Assembly: GCF_963676685.1 (NCBI RefSeq)
Contig: NC_092350.1
Coordinates: 61,318,001 to 61,382,000, forward strand
Direction of reading: 5' to 3'
Origin: Mytilus edulis
Lineage: Eukaryota
Length of the DNA stretch: 64,000 nt
Shown here: piece by piece, positions 39,190 through 50,750 of the stretch
Numbering within the stretch: position 1 is the first letter of the stretch
Layout of the letters: the number at the start of each line of letters is the position of its first letter
The notes under the pieces: model-generated
The model's database searches: none
What the model was told of the DNA's origin: nothing
The model's input: the letters and a program-made list of their open reading frames with translations, nothing else
Made by a program: the position numbers and the translations under genes

Positions 39190-40830
39190 AAAAGCTATGT
39201 GAGGAAAATGTTTAAGACATTAACAAGGAAATAGAACTTATTCGCCAGGGAGAAAAAGGCTCGTCGAGTTAACAAAAAAGGACAGCAAAGTTTATCCTCG
39301 CTATCGAGCTAAAATAAAGCAGCTTCAAAATTATAAAAGTGACGTTGAAACCCTTGCAAAAAAATTCCCAAATTGTATACAGAGGGACTGTAACGTGTTT
39401 ATTCCACTCAGCAGACAAAAATGTCTTAACAAACTGTACTGCTGCCTACGAAAACGCTTTAGAAAAACACGAAAAAATGAAAAGTTCGACTTGACTACCG
39501 ACATTCGAAGACGCTTTGGAGACTCTTTCGAAAAAACTGTCTTTTCCGAAATGAAGCGGAAATACTTTCGGAAATATTTCCGAAAGTTGGGAATTGAAAC
39601 GGAAAATTTGACACCAGCATTAATGGCGACGGATAAGAAACACCGTGCAAAGACCATCAAAATCGTTATTTATGATCGCATTTTTGCTTTTAAGCATATG
39701 TTAGGAGTCCCACTATTGAGCCGAATAAACGAAGTTCAAGAAATCATAAGACCTCGTTCATCACTGTCATTGCTTACACGCAGTCTCAGACTTTCAACAA
39801 ATATTCTCAGAAAGACTTAGCTTCTAAAAGTCTTGAAGTTAACAGGCATCCACTTAATACAATAATCGAGTATTTTGTAAACAGGAAATTAACTCCGTAC
39901 GAAAGTTGTGCCGAATCCGCGGAGGATTCCGACCCTTGTTCGCAGAACGAAACTTCAATGACGAAAAGCTTTAGTCGCTCTTTGTCTGCTCAAGACTACA
40001 GTAATGGTAAACAAAAAGTTTCAAAAGAAAAATTCAACGATGATCACTGTACGCGTAGTAAACAAATTCAGCCAGAATGTCCTTTTGGTCCTGTTTCTAT
40101 TATAAAAAACAAACCATTTCCAACATTCGTCGGCAAAATTGAGCCAAAGTGTCCTGCTCAATCAGAACCTTTTGCCAGGAACAATAGTTTTACGCAGAAG
40201 GAATCATCCAAGTTAGACAGTTCTTGTAATACAGCAGTTGTTGCAGTTGATATTGATTCCCTACAAAACCAACAAAACAAACCAATAATCCATATACCTC
40301 AAGCCGAATCAACCATATTGGAAAATCCCTGTTCGCTGACCTCATACACTGACAACACTAGCAGTCTTATTAAACGACCAACCCGGAATCTCATAGAAAT
40401 TCCTTGTCGATCGACGTCTATTGAAATTGACACTACTTTTGCAAGTCAAAAACGAACCAAGCCAGAATTTCTGAGTCTCTCGACGCATGAAATTGACAAT
40501 TCAATACAATTGAAAAATGCTGACCACAAGATGTCTGACGATCATTGCCTTGTTGAAAACTCAACCAATTATGAGACCTCAGCTACATTGGACTCTTGTC
40601 TTATAACCGATTAGGGAAAACTTAAAGATCGGAAATCTGCTGTTATTGTAATTTCTGAAAATCCTACTGAGCAAATGAAACCGGAAGGTAAATGTCATCT
40701 GCTTTTTCCACGTGGTCCTCCGCTACATAGAATATCGTCGACTCCCAGTCAGAAAAGCACAGAAGAAATTCATTGTAAGATTGAAGGTCATGCAATAACG
40801 AAAAGGCCACAATCAGGTCAGGAAGCCAAA
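39190..40830 (+). other. Decayed or orphan coding-like region (basic N-terminal part, Ser/Thr/Pro-rich C-terminal part), function unknown
   Basis: Higher GC than the flanks and adjacent same-strand ORFs of 141 aa (39395..39820) and 218 aa (39958..40614); no motif recognised. Confidence 0.4.
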
Positions 40831-40916
40831 TGATTATTTTCTGTTTTTGTTGGTTGTTGATCAAGGTGATGTTGTTAACTTTTAAATAAGGTATTGTTAT
40901 TTGCAGTGTGCGTGAA

Positions 40917-41330
40917 ATGGCGACAGCTATTGAGACCTGTGGTGTTTTTGAGCTCCGTCATATCACTAAACCAACCGTATTCTGGTGTTCTGGATGTGAT
41001 GAGAGACTATGTACAGAATGTCAGGAGCATCACAGTTTGTCAAAAGGAACCAAAAACTATAAAGTGATACCAATTACTGAATACACAAAATTACCAGCTG
41101 CTGTACTTATGATTTGTCAAAACTGTACTAAACATGATAAAAGGTATAAAATGTATTGCCAGAAGCATGCATTTCCGTGTTGCAGCAAATGTATCGTGGA
41201 CAGCCACAAAGAATGCCTAGATTTAGTCGAACTAGATGACGTCATTCACAATGTCAAAACCTGTATTACCATGTGCGAGATAGAGGAAACAAAGGAATAT
41301 CTATACGACGAGTCTATACGTGACATAGAC
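40917..41330 (+). pseudogene. TRIM-like copy 4, truncated: B-boxes, a large internal deletion, then a LINE insertion
   Basis: B-box sequence with a lost ligand (CGVF for CGVC); EIEET is joined directly to the propeller fragment LYDESIRDI; LINE sequence follows immediately. Confidence 0.9.
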
Positions 41331-42772
41331 ATTTAACAATAATTGGTAAAATAACAGTTATCAAATCATTGATTATACTAAATTTTACCTTTTTAACATC
41401 CGTTTCACATATTGAAAAAGAATATATTGTTAAATTTAAAAAAAATGATCTATAACTTTTTATGGAAAAGCAAAAGAGAAAAGGTTAAACGCACAGTACT
41501 TAGCTTTGGTGAACTAGATGGGAGTTTAAAAATGATTAACATACATAAATACATAGAATCTATCAGAATTGGTTGGATCAAAAGGTTAATTAATTGAGAT
41601 CTAAAACAATTGGAAAGTTAATCCACTTTGGAAAAGATTTCCTTATCTTTCACATGAATATTGATAACACTGACTCTATTCAAAAGTTAAAAGAGATGCC
41701 AAAATTGTATTTCAACATTGTAAAAGCATGGATAGTTAATAAAAATGTACAACAGCCAAAAAACTTCAGATCTATACGTCAAGAAGTTATTTGGGGAAAT
41801 CATTTCATAAAGATAAAATAATAAATGCCTTTTATTTGAAAACTGGATAAAAAGTAATAGTATCTTTGTTTATGACATCATTGAAGAAAATGGTCATATA
41901 GAAGAAAATTTCAATTTACAAAACCTGAAAATAAAAGTAACTGGATGTCAGAATTTTACCAATTAAAGAAAGCTTTTCCAGGAGAATGGTTAAAGATTTT
42001 AAAACAGGAAAATTCAAAGAAAACTAAAGTAAAAACGTCATATGCAATTCATATTAATAATAATTGTAATAAAAAAGAAAACTTAGAAAAAGAAGATACC
42101 AGAAAAATTTATAATATATTAATTAAGAGTGAAATTGAAATACCTGTTGGTTTTTACAAATGGAAGACAATGCCTAACCTTGAATACATTAAGAGTCTTT
42201 AATGTAATATGTTAAAGTTTGTTCATCATTTTTTAAACGATAATAAATACAAAGTGTTCCGTTGGAAATTGCTACACTTTATTTTACCTTGTAAAGTTTT
42301 ATTGAAAAAGTGGAAGATGTGCGATATTTCAAATTGTCACTATTGCAACACCACAGAGGATTATGATCACATGTTTCTTAAATGTCACTTTCTTGATAAT
42401 TTCTGGAGTAAAGTAAAAAAAAACTCATAGAAAAACTGAATATTAATAATAATATTCTAACATTAAAAAATTTAGTATGGGGTTATAAATAAATGATGAG
42501 CAATACTATGAAATTAATTACTTGATTACAATTATAATGATTTGTATATATAAGGCAAATTATATGTCTGAACAGAAAACAAAATCTTTAGATGTATATT
42601 CTGTATTTAAAGCAGAATTCATGTACAACTACACAATGTAGGCAACTAGTAAACACACTACGAATAAATGTCTACTTGATAAAGTTGTCAAATTGTTGTA
42701 ATAATTTTTATGTTTGCAAATGTATAATCTAGCAAAAAAAGAAAAAAAAAAGGTTAATAATAAAAAAAAAAT
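41326..42772 (+). mobile_element. 5'-truncated Tx1/L1-clade LINE with an A-rich tail
   Basis: RHLTIIGKITVIKSL, IYNFLWKSKREKVKR...DG.LKMI, IWGNHFI, FRWKLLHFILP, CHYC...EDYDHMFLKC...FW (CCHC zf-RVT); poly-A at 42734-42771. Confidence 0.92.
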
Positions 42773-43857
42773 CTAGATCCGTATCTGATTTAGAGAAATA
42801 ATTTTACCTATCACCGATAAGCGTGGAGATAACGGTATTTGTTATCCACTGTTTTTTATCGTTAAAAAAAGGAAAAAAATATTTACATACTAATTTTTTT
42901 CAGAATCGAAAAAACCTATATTATAATATATGTTCATACATACCTCTGAATTGCTTATATTAATCATAAATCACTATTAAAACTGGTATTTTCCAAACCA
43001 GGAAGAGATATCAATCCAATAATAGAAAATCGATAACGGCAAGTGTGAATTATTTCCGGAAACTTTTTTCCAAACAAGCTAGATATACATATTGATATGA
43101 TAAATTAAAATTTCATATATACTTATTTATTTACGGTTGAAAATGAAATATTTATAATATAGTTTAGTTAAATTGTAATGTATTATTGTTAAACAGAGAG
43201 AAATCCTGGATTTCTTGTTAAAATAAAGATAACTTCACTAGAATGCTGGATGTTAACAGCAAGCAATATATTGTTGAATTAAAAAAAAACATATTCAGCC
43301 GCAATTTAACATAGGTATTGATTTTATAATTTTTTTACAGGGTGTGTCGTAAGTGCCGTGTGGAGACAGTAGAGTGCCTCCCCGTGCTTCATGTTTATGC
43401 TCTTATAATATTCTAGCTAAGGGATTGTGTGTCCGAGCGAGAACTTCCCTAGTTCATTACTTTAGGAATGTTCATCAAAAAGTAATATTTTTCCTACGGG
43501 TCTCGAGGCCAATACAGCAAACCTTGAATCTATACCAGTGCCAATACAGAAACAGCCAGTTGATAAAACTACGATACGGCCTTGATCTTATTATCTTTTA
43601 TGTTTTTATCTCATAAATGATACATAAAAACTAAAGATATTGTATGTATAACTTAAATTACATATGCATGTAAACACCTGACTGTATCTTTTTGATACTG
43701 TTTTCAATTTGAAACCTTCTAATTAAATATAGAAATTATTTAGAAAAAAACAGTTGTATTCCCAAATGGCAAAGTTGACACTAAAATTTCTATTTTTCTA
43801 TTTTTAAGTTTTTAGCCACGCCATTCTGTTTCTCATTGATACTTTAAATTGTACACA

Positions 43858-45430
43858 ATACCCTTCTATAGACTAGATTTCACTAAACAATCTATAAAAA
43901 CAGGTGAAAATTGATATAAAATGGCAACAACTACTATAACGAGTCGACAAATGATATCTGTCGTGTTGACTTACCTCAATGTCTGTGGGTTTTTAATGAT
44001 CACGTTCCTGCTTATAGTTTCTTTCTCAATTTTTGACAGTCTCGCTATTCTGTAGTTCATAGATCTTTTATGATTTCTAGGGAATTTGTATTACCTTAAC
44101 TTTAGTGACGTTAAAATTGTGTTCTTGTTCCTTAAGTTTTCTTCTTTTCGCTAATTCGTGAGACCACATATTTTCATAGATCTTGTATACATGTTCATTT
44201 TTACTTCCTAAATTTTCATGGGCTTTTTACTTGTTTTCAAGATGATGGCAAGAATACTGCAAAATTTGCAAAGAATCAAACGTTCAAGTATAATAAGCCC
44301 CAAATGGATTGTCCAATTTATCTTAAATTTCACGTAGAATGTATCATAATCTGGTGAACATTTTCACCCTGTTATTAAACTTTTTTTTAGGATATTAATC
44401 AAAAACTTGCGGTTGTTTTCACAAGGAAAATTTCTGGTTGGTTGTGTACTGACATAGGAAAAATTCGTAGAAAAAAATTAAAAAAGAAATAGTTTTAGAA
44501 ATGTTCAACATAATAAGTGTATTGTTAATACGCCCCTATCGAACTTGTTAGTGTGTAGATAACATCCCGACATGTATCACTTAATAAATCAGTCACGTTT
44601 TGTGATAAACCAGGAGGGCGGATATGAATATTTAACATTAAAAGGTAATCTTTTATGATTTATTCGATATTTCTGAGTTGAATGCTTTCTAATTATCGTT
44701 TTGAATTTTCAAAAGATAATCATGACCTAAATACGAACCATTTGTAATAGTTTTATAATTTTTATTTTCGTTCTGGGGTCGGGGCATTTTTATCTTCAAT
44801 TATGTTATGTCCTAGTTCTAGGACATGTCCCATACCCTTCTATAGATTGGTTTTCACTAATCAATCTATAAAAAACAGGTTAAAATTGATAAAAAATGGC
44901 AACAACTACTATAACGAGTCGACAAATGATATCTGTCATGTTAACGTACCTCAATGTCTGTTGGTTTTTTTAATGATAACGTTCCTGCTTATAGTTTCTT
45001 TCTCGATTTTTGACAGCCTCGCTATTCTGTAATTCATAGATCTTTTATGATTTCTGGGGAACTTGTATTACATAAACTTTAGTGACGCTAAAATTGTGAA
45101 ATAGATTTAAAAATGTTCAACATAATAAGTTTATTGTTAATACGCCCCTATCGAAATTGTTAGTGTGTAGATAACATCCCGACATGTATCAGTTAATAAA
45201 TCAGTCATAATTTTCTGATAAACCAGGAGGGCGGAAATGAATATTTAACATTAAAAGGTAATCTTTTAGGATTTTTTCGATATTTCTGAGTTGAATTCTT
45301 TCTAATTATCGTTTTGAATTTTAAAAAGATAATCATGACCTAAATACGAACCATTTGTAATAGTTTTATAATATTTACTTTCGTTCTGGGGTCGGGGCAT
45401 TTTTATCTTCAGTTATGTTATGTCCCAGTT
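43858..45430 (+). repeat. Tandem duplication of the promoter/first-exon region of TRIM-like copy 5
   Basis: 43858-44825 is repeated at 44830-45430; the second unit lacks about 370 bp (junction near 45099); both keep the AAAAG|GTAATC donor (44645, 45258). Confidence 0.85.
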
Positions 45431-45508
45431 CTAGGTCAAAATATACTTTTCTTCATTATGCCTTTATTGTCAAAATGGTTATGTATAGTATTAACTTATC
45501 TTAGGACA

Positions 45509-45570
45509 TGTTATCAAAGGTACCAGGATTATAATTGAGTACGCCAGACACGCATTTCGTCTACATAAGA
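45509..45570 (-). mobile_element. Short retrozyme fragment, truncated inside the hammerhead
   Basis: GTTATCAAAGGTACCAGGATTATAATT...ACGCCAGACACGCATTTCGTCTACATAAGA. Confidence 0.75.
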
Positions 45571-46420
45571 AATTATCAAAAAAAAAAACGCTCACGGGTT
45601 TATATATTATACAGGTTCAAGAAGCGAAACTGTTTTTGGTATATGTATCTCTGCTATCATTATACAGGATATATGTTCTCATATTTTGTCACTAGAACAC
45701 AAACAGAAATGAAATGATTAGATAATTTATGTATGTGTCTACTTTACCCTGATATTTTTTTTCTACCATTCTAAATATGGTTGTACTGTTGTATGTGATT
45801 AATTGTTGTGTTGTCCAACGTTTATCACTATATTTATTTGACCAACTGCTAAACAAGATAAAAAAATTACATTATCCAAATCAGATCGTCAATGGAAATA
45901 ACTGGCTTATATCAGTCCAAAATAAAAATGTGTGTAACCCATTAAGAAAATAGCTCTGTTTCAAACACACTTTCGCTGTATTTGAGACCCTAAACGATTA
46001 ACTTTTCCCTTAAAGCAAATTTTCACTAAATTTCTTGAGATACATGTATATCCACTATCATGTATACAAAATTAAATGCCATATTGTATCATTTCACACG
46101 GGACGCTTTATAGCTGCAATAATTCATATTTCATTTCATTTTCATTTCATTTCAGACGATTGAATAACTTAAGAATGAGATAAATCAGAATAGTTCCGAT
46201 TTTGAAATATATATATAGAATTGAATTGATTACTGTTATTAAACGCTACTGTCAGTATAAATTGCTATATTTTGAAACCTGCATTTAATTTATGTAGATA
46301 CCGAAGCACCTTGACGGGAAACTAAATTAGGCTACCATGATGTTCGATGTTGGGGTTAAAATTGCGTTGTTTTTGTTTTAAATTTGTAAATCAGCTATTG
46401 TTAATTGTAGTTTGTGTTAA

Positions 46421-48115
46421 ATGGCAACTTCATCTCTGAGCTGTGGTGTTTGTAACCTCCGTCACGTTAACAAACCACCGATAGTATGGTGTACAGAATG
46501 TGACGAGGGACTATGTACAGAATGCAAGGAACATCATTGTTTGTCTAAGGCATCCAGGAGCCATTGTGTGGTGCCATTTACTGAATACATGAAATTACCA
46601 GCTAATGTACTTTCAATTTCTAAGGATTGTACTAAACACAATAAAAAGTATCAAATGTATTGCCAGAAGCATGAATTTCCCTGCTGTAGCAAATGTATCT
46701 TGGAAAGCCATAACGAATGCCGAGATTTCGTCGATTTAGATCAGGTCATTCAAAATGTCAAAACATCCAATGCCATGTGCGAGCTAGAGGAAACTTTAGT
46801 TGAAGTAGCAGAAAATCTAGAGAAAATTCGCCAGGATCAACAAGAAAATCTGGCGATATTTAAAGAAAGTAGAAAGGAAATAGAAAAAGAAATAAAGAAG
46901 ACCAGAATAAAGATCAACAACCATCTTGACAAGCTACAAGAGGATTTAATGAAAAAACTCTATGCGGAAGAAGAAAAAGAAAACTCCAAAATTTGTCAGT
47001 TATTGTCATCATTGGAAAAGAAGGAAAAAGAAATAGAAGAATACCAGAGAAACATTGTGAACATAAAGCAACATGCAACGGATCTTCAAGTATTTCTTTC
47101 AATGAAAAAAATAGAGGAGGACGTAAACAGCAAAAACAAATTCCTGAAGTCACTTGTGGAAGGCAAGAATTTCAATCAAATATCTCTCTCATATGAAATA
47201 AATACCTCTATCAAGAAAATCTTGTCCGATATCAGAAGTTTTGGAGAAGTGCGTATCGAAACTAAATCTGGCGAAATTGTTTTGATTAGGAAAAAGGTCA
47301 AACAAGCCCAAACGATGGTACCAACCGTTCAATCAAGATACACAATTGAAAATATAGTGTTAATGAAACAAAAGACCATCAATATTCCAGAAAACCAAAT
47401 CCATGGATGTTGCATATTGCCGGATGGTAGAATGGCATTTACTTTATACACGGAGTGTAAGGTAATTGTGTTTAATTTGAAAGGGTTAAAAGATTTTGAA
47501 GTCAAATTGTCGTGTTACGCGTTTGATATAGTGTATAACAGTGAGGATAACACATTGGCCGTCTCATCTGGTGGTTCATTTCAGCAGTATATTACCATTA
47601 TAGACTTGGCGAAGAAACGAATCAAGAAAACAATTTCACTAGATTCCACCAGTTATGGCATTGCATTGAAAGATAATCGATTGATTTATTCCGCTAGAGA
47701 CAAAGGAATACGAATGATGAATCTGAATGAAGAGTCTATAAGTACAATAGTCCGGGACATCTTACCCCATGACTGTCACACTGCATCATTTAGGGACAAC
47801 ATATATCATACAAACAGAGAAACAAGCACTGTGACATGTTATAATCTACAAGGTAAAATACAATGGACATTCTTAAATCAAAGCGTTCTGGAGAATATTC
47901 AAGGTATAGATGTAGATAGTGATGGTAATGTGTACGTTGTGGGGAGCGTATCGAACAATGTTGTAGTTATCTCCCCTGATGGGCAACGACATAGAGAAGT
48001 ATTGACAGCAAGTGATGGTCTCATGATTCCTGTCTCACTACATTATAGTGGACAAAACAATCAGTTGCTAGTCGCAAACTTCTCTAACACGGCTTATACG
48101 TTTGATGTTATTTAA
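46421..48115 (+). CDS. TRIM-like copy 5, intact RING-less B-box/coiled-coil/NHL-like propeller protein (564 aa)
   Basis: Uninterrupted ORF with the same domain motifs as copy 3; acceptor TGTAG at 46406-46410. Confidence 0.93.
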   Translation: MATSSLSCGVCNLRHVNKPPIVWCTECDEGLCTECKEHHCLSKASRSHCVVPFTEYMKLPANVLSISKDCTKHNKKYQMYCQKHEFPCCSKCILESHNECRDFVDLDQVIQNVKTSNAMCELEETLVEVAENLEKIRQDQQENLAIFKESRKEIEKEIKKTRIKINNHLDKLQEDLMKKLYAEEEKENSKICQLLSSLEKKEKEIEEYQRNIVNIKQHATDLQVFLSMKKIEEDVNSKNKFLKSLVEGKNFNQISLSYEINTSIKKILSDIRSFGEVRIETKSGEIVLIRKKVKQAQTMVPTVQSRYTIENIVLMKQKTINIPENQIHGCCILPDGRMAFTLYTECKVIVFNLKGLKDFEVKLSCYAFDIVYNSEDNTLAVSSGGSFQQYITIIDLAKKRIKKTISLDSTSYGIALKDNRLIYSARDKGIRMMNLNEESISTIVRDILPHDCHTASFRDNIYHTNRETSTVTCYNLQGKIQWTFLNQSVLENIQGIDVDSDGNVYVVGSVSNNVVVISPDGQRHREVLTASDGLMIPVSLHYSGQNNQLLVANFSNTAYTFDVI

Positions 48116-49354
48116 ACAAATTTATAGTTAAAACTTTTCTTACTTTAGACCATTCTTCGCAGTGTTTTTGATACCCAGATGTTGGAAACTTATTTTGTTA
48201 ATTTTTGACAGAAATATAATATGTAGTATTTGTTTTAAACAAATCATTCGCCAATTAATTATACTTATCATGCTTATAGGTGTTATATTATTAAAAATGT
48301 ATATTCTAATAAATTTGATGGAATGAGAGCAGTTTTATTATCACGTGACAGAAAGATCTTGCCGGTTAAAAAATTTGATATAAATTAAACAATGACAATG
48401 CGGTGTTAATGCTAATGGGACAACTATCAAACCGAGACCAAATGGTGTGGTTGTTAGTATCTGTAGATTACTGAAATTAGTGATTCTATCAAAAAAGTAC
48501 TATCAGCACCAAATTCTCAAAATATCAACTACTTGCAACAGGTACTAACATAATCATAACATAACTCGCCAATATATCACCACTGTATAATACATCATGT
48601 TAGTTCACATGCTTCAGCTGTCAGGTCACTGTATTATTGGTAGTCTGTTTTTATAAAACTATGAACGCTTGGTCAACAGTATTTGGTTGGTTGACTGGTG
48701 AGAGAGTATGTTGGTGACATATGTCGTGTTAAGCAATTAGCTTTAAGTTAGAAATACGTAGTATGTGCACTTAGTAATATACTTTATAAATCAACATCAT
48801 TTTGTTATTTGATTGGTTAGGAATAAGATATGTCGGTAAAATATGTCATACTTCAGTGGTCAATTTCAAGTTTGTAGGATGTAGACTTTTCCATTTTAGT
48901 TAACATGGTAGGTCAACATCATTTTGTTTGGTTAATTGCATATAAGGAGAAGATTTCTTCATATAACCTTGACCTGAATTATGGTTTTGAATATTGTATC
49001 ATAATTAGTAGATATCAGAAGAAGTGGAATGAGTGCCCCATTCTAGTAATAATTTGTAAAAGTGAAGTATCATTATGATTATAGGTCAAAGAACGGTCTT
49101 TAACACGGAGCCTTGGCTCACATTGAACGGCAAGCTTAAAAAGTCTTTTTTTTTCTTTCTGATTTTACATGATCGAATTACAATATGTATGATGATTATT
49201 TGCAATGAGGTTATGTTTTGGATATTCCTCGGAGTTTTGTATTTTTGGGATTGTACTTTTTACCATGACCTTAAATTCATGCTTCAACTTTCACTTCATG
49301 TTATACTTTATAAGCTTCACAGATCAAATTTATTCGTTCATTGTGGGTCAATTT

Positions 49355-50750
49355 GTGTTTGATTGAGTTAACCCATTCCAATTTATAGTTTATAGCATGT
49401 CTTTCTTTGTTGTGATGTTATACTATTGTTTCAGAAAAGGGAGAAGGTTTGGAACCATTTAAACGTTTAATCCGATTGCAATTGTTTGCACCTGTCCTAA
49501 GTCAGAAATTTAATGTTCAGTCGTTGTCGTCTGTTTATGTGGGTCATGAATGTTTCTCGTTTTTCGTTTCTTATATAGATTAGATCGTTAGTTTTCCCGT
49601 TTGACTGTTTCACACTGGTAATTTTTGAAGCCTTGTATAGCTTGCTGTTCGGTGGGAGCCTAGGCTCTGTGCTGAAGACCTATAATGGTTTACTTTTATA
49701 AATTGTAACTTGGATTGAGAGTTGTCTCATTGACACCCGATCTTCCTTTAAATATAAAAAAGATGTTGTGTGATTGCCAATGAGACAAGTCTCCACAAGA
49801 GACTACACGACACAGAAACTATCTTCTATAGGCCACCGTACGGCCTTCAACACTGAGTAAAACTCATACAGCACAGTCAGCCACACAATTCAAACGAGAA
49901 AAACTAACGGCCTAATCTATGTACAAAAGAATGAAGGAAAATCATTAATGAAACAAACGACAAACAATTAGTTTGACTTGGGAATGGCACATGCATACAG
50001 AATCCCCCTAACCTGGGACAGTGTTGAAACAGTACGACAGAAGAACGAACTATAAAAATCAGTTGAAAAGACTTAACTCATCAGATGGAAACACATAAAA
50101 TACATCTTACAAAGACACAGAGTGTTCGTGATCGGGTACTTGTATATCCCAACAATAAAAAGACACTAAATACAGATCTGAGAGTAATCGCAGTTACAGG
50201 TCTACATGTAACCATAAGTAGAAATTACTATGAATATATTCTTTTAGACTATAAAGCATACTCATTAAAAGAAACTGTTTCGAATAAATGATGCATCATT
50301 TCAAGCAAAACATCCAATTTAATCATACGTTTTTTGATTGAGTTAAGTCTGCCAATTGATATTTTATCTTATGTTTTTCTTTGTTGTGATGTTATGCTAT
50401 TGTTTCAGAAAAAAGGGAGACGGTTTGGATCCATTAAAACGTTAAATCCCGCTGCAAATGTTTGAACCTGTCCTAAGTCAGGAATCTGATGTACAGTAGT
50501 TGTCGTTTGTTTATGTAATATATACGTGTTTCTCGTTTCCCGTTTTGTTTATATAGATTAGACCGTTGGTTTTCCCGTTTGAATGGTTTTACACTAGTAA
50601 TTTTGGAGCCCTTTATAGCTTGTTGTTCGGTGTGAGCCAAGGCTCCGTGTTGAAGGCCGTACTTTAACCTATAATGGTTTACTTTTTAAATTGTTATTTG
50701 TATGGAGAGTTGTCTCATTGGCACTCACACCACATCTTCCTATATCTAAT
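49355..50750. repeat. Cluster of related dispersed repeats (49355-49750 and 50330-50750 direct; 49760-50195 inverted relative)
   Basis: Shared GATTGAGTTAA...CCTGTCCTAAGTCAG...GAGAGTTGTCTCATTG blocks; also related to 32990-33265. Confidence 0.8.
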
